In this document: positions 62,063 through 64,000 of the stretch, in pieces
How the letters are laid out: every line of letters begins with the position of its first letter
Numbering within the stretch: position 1 is the first letter of the stretch
Source: Carcharhinus longimanus
Taxonomy: Eukaryota
Direction: 5' to 3'
Assembly (NCBI GenBank): GCA_030264375.1
Contig: JASCQW010000099.1
Coordinates: forward strand, 45,237,972 to 45,301,971
Length of the DNA: 64,000 bases
Program-made: the position numbers and the translations under genes
The notes under the pieces: generated by a model
Told to the model about the DNA's origin: nothing
What the model saw: the letters and a program-made list of their open reading frames with translations, nothing else
The model's database searches: none

Positions 62063-64000
62063 GGGGACTGACTCTTAACTCTCAAAAAGAGGTACAGTGG
62101 TCCCATGTCAGACACTAAATTGATGTCCCTCTTCACCAACAATAACAATTAACACTCCCAAAAAGCCACCAGTAACTCTCAACTGTCATTGATTGGACTC
62201 TGAACCCCTGCAATCATGATCTCAGCCAGGCTCGGCTCCCAGCCCTGATTGCTATATTCACAATCTCTCCACAATTGAAAATCTCCTGACTAACATCAGC
62301 TCCTCATTACACCTGCAATTGTGTTCAACTTCAGACATCTCAACCCCCAACCACTCTGGCAATCAGGGTTCCTCAAATATCCCCCTCACCTGTGCTGTAA
62401 TTGGAGACCCTATGACCACCATTGGCAAGCCTCTACAATTGGTGCACCTTCCACTTGTGATTCAGAGCCCCTATCAAGATCCAGACTACTCCAATCTGGA
62501 GACCACCCCATATTTGTTTTCACTCCTCATGATATTTAGCTGCCCTTTTAGACTTTGGGCTTGTGAAGCAGACTTCATCTGAATGGCTTTCATCCTGATA
62601 ACCAGGCAACTGTGAGCAGAAACTTGAAAAAAAAATGAGATAAAGTAGTCAAGTTATGCAAGGCATTTGGGGAAACCTCTTCTTCCCTATTTCTTAACCT
62701 CTCAGCTGACACTCCCACACAGAATTCACCTCTGGGCTAAAAAATCCAGATCATTTTTTTAAGTAAAACAATGTGAAGATGGCATATTACTTTATTTGTA
62801 CTTCTGACTTTTTTATTTAGCTTTTCAGTTTTTTTCCACATTGTATTCTTCTTGTCCATGCTGTTTACCACTGTGGGAGAATGGATTCTGCTGGTAGCAC
62901 ACTGCATGCTCAATGCTTTCCATTGCTAATTCAACTTGTATGCTGAGCTGGCAGGGAGTAAGCGTTCAGGTGTCAAGATGAGTACAGCTATTTTCTTCTT
63001 CCAAGGATCAATAAGATTGATCATACAAATGAATAGGTTTGAGAGTTCCCTAAACAGGATATTTCACATGTCACTTAGAAGAGAAGTGTAATAACAGTGT
63101 AAGATATTCTAAGCATATGTTGAAACAGAAATATTATAATTGAAAATTAATGTTGAACATGACCCTGATGATTACTGGAGGTAACCTATTTTACTTCATC
63201 TGTGAGTTGAAATAAAAGACAAAAATAATGTCAAGGCTCATCCATATGCATATTTAATATTTAAATTTTCATTGCTTGAAGGCAACACAAACAAAATATT
63301 GCAAAGATGACATGGTTATGCACCAAATTAAAAAGCTGAGCATGTTTTATGGTAATCAAATGGTGCAATTACCAGAAAATCTGAGCATAATTTTGTATGG
63401 AATGGTGTTGCTTTTGGGTTTGTCTTATTTATAGAAACTGTTGACCATTAAAACAGTGAATATATAAAAGTTGAGTATGTCAACTGTAACAGTTCTTTGT
63501 TCTGCCTGGGATGTATTTATTACAGCCTGAGGTGAATTTTCACTTTAACTTTTGAACAGAGAAAAGACAATAGCTTGATTTTAAACAGTATCCAATGTTT
63601 GTTTATAACTAAAAACATGACTGAAGAGAGGTGTAAAATGGTTGTCCAATCTACTTCTGCTTGTTTTCTGGAAGGAGCATTCAACATAGTTCAACAGCCT
63701 GATAATCAGCTGAGAAATACTTCCACCACTTCCCCCGCTATTCCCCAAAGGGTAAAAAAGCAATATGTAGCAACAACTGCCTAGGTGTATGATATACTTG
63801 ACCATACTGTAAGCCACTGCATTCAACATTGCAGCTGAAAGTGGAAGGATGGTCCTTTGCATTGTCACTTATATCTCAATACTTTTGGAGAAAAAACTGT
63901 CCACGTAGATATGTCCTTCAGTCCTTATTTGCCTTTGTGCATTGAAACTACTTAACATAGAAGTAACTTAAGAGCAGACATTTTCTATTTGGCAGTGATG

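Noticed and set aside
63575-63868. Overlapping ORFs on both strands
   Set aside because: No recognisable motif or convincing splice structure

Overview
This is eukaryotic, repeat-rich, apparently non-coding DNA (intergenic or deep intronic) from a fragmented short-read scaffold with many N gaps. The repeat inventory points to a cartilaginous fish, most likely a shark: HE1-type V-SINEs, a SacSINE1-like DeuSINE, young CR1 LINEs with (TTCTTATG)n tails, and Harbinger relics. I cannot support any host protein-coding gene, tRNA, rRNA or CRISPR array. Recognisable coding remnants are all transposon-derived: CR1, L2, RTE and Rex1/Babar LINE fragments, a Gypsy LTR-PBS-gag fragment, a PIF/Harbinger transposase N-terminus and two intron-containing Harbinger Myb/SANT-like genes, plus many non-autonomous TIR elements. 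The most notable observations are inverted Penelope-type terminal repeats carrying degenerate hammerhead-ribozyme cores, a 69-bp near-perfect palindrome, V-SINEs with two different 3' tails, an unexplained ORF beside a 10-bp array, and TE-free islands that may be conserved non-coding elements. I found no convincing novel biological system. Family names come from my recall of consensus motifs, not database searches, and most boundaries are approximate.
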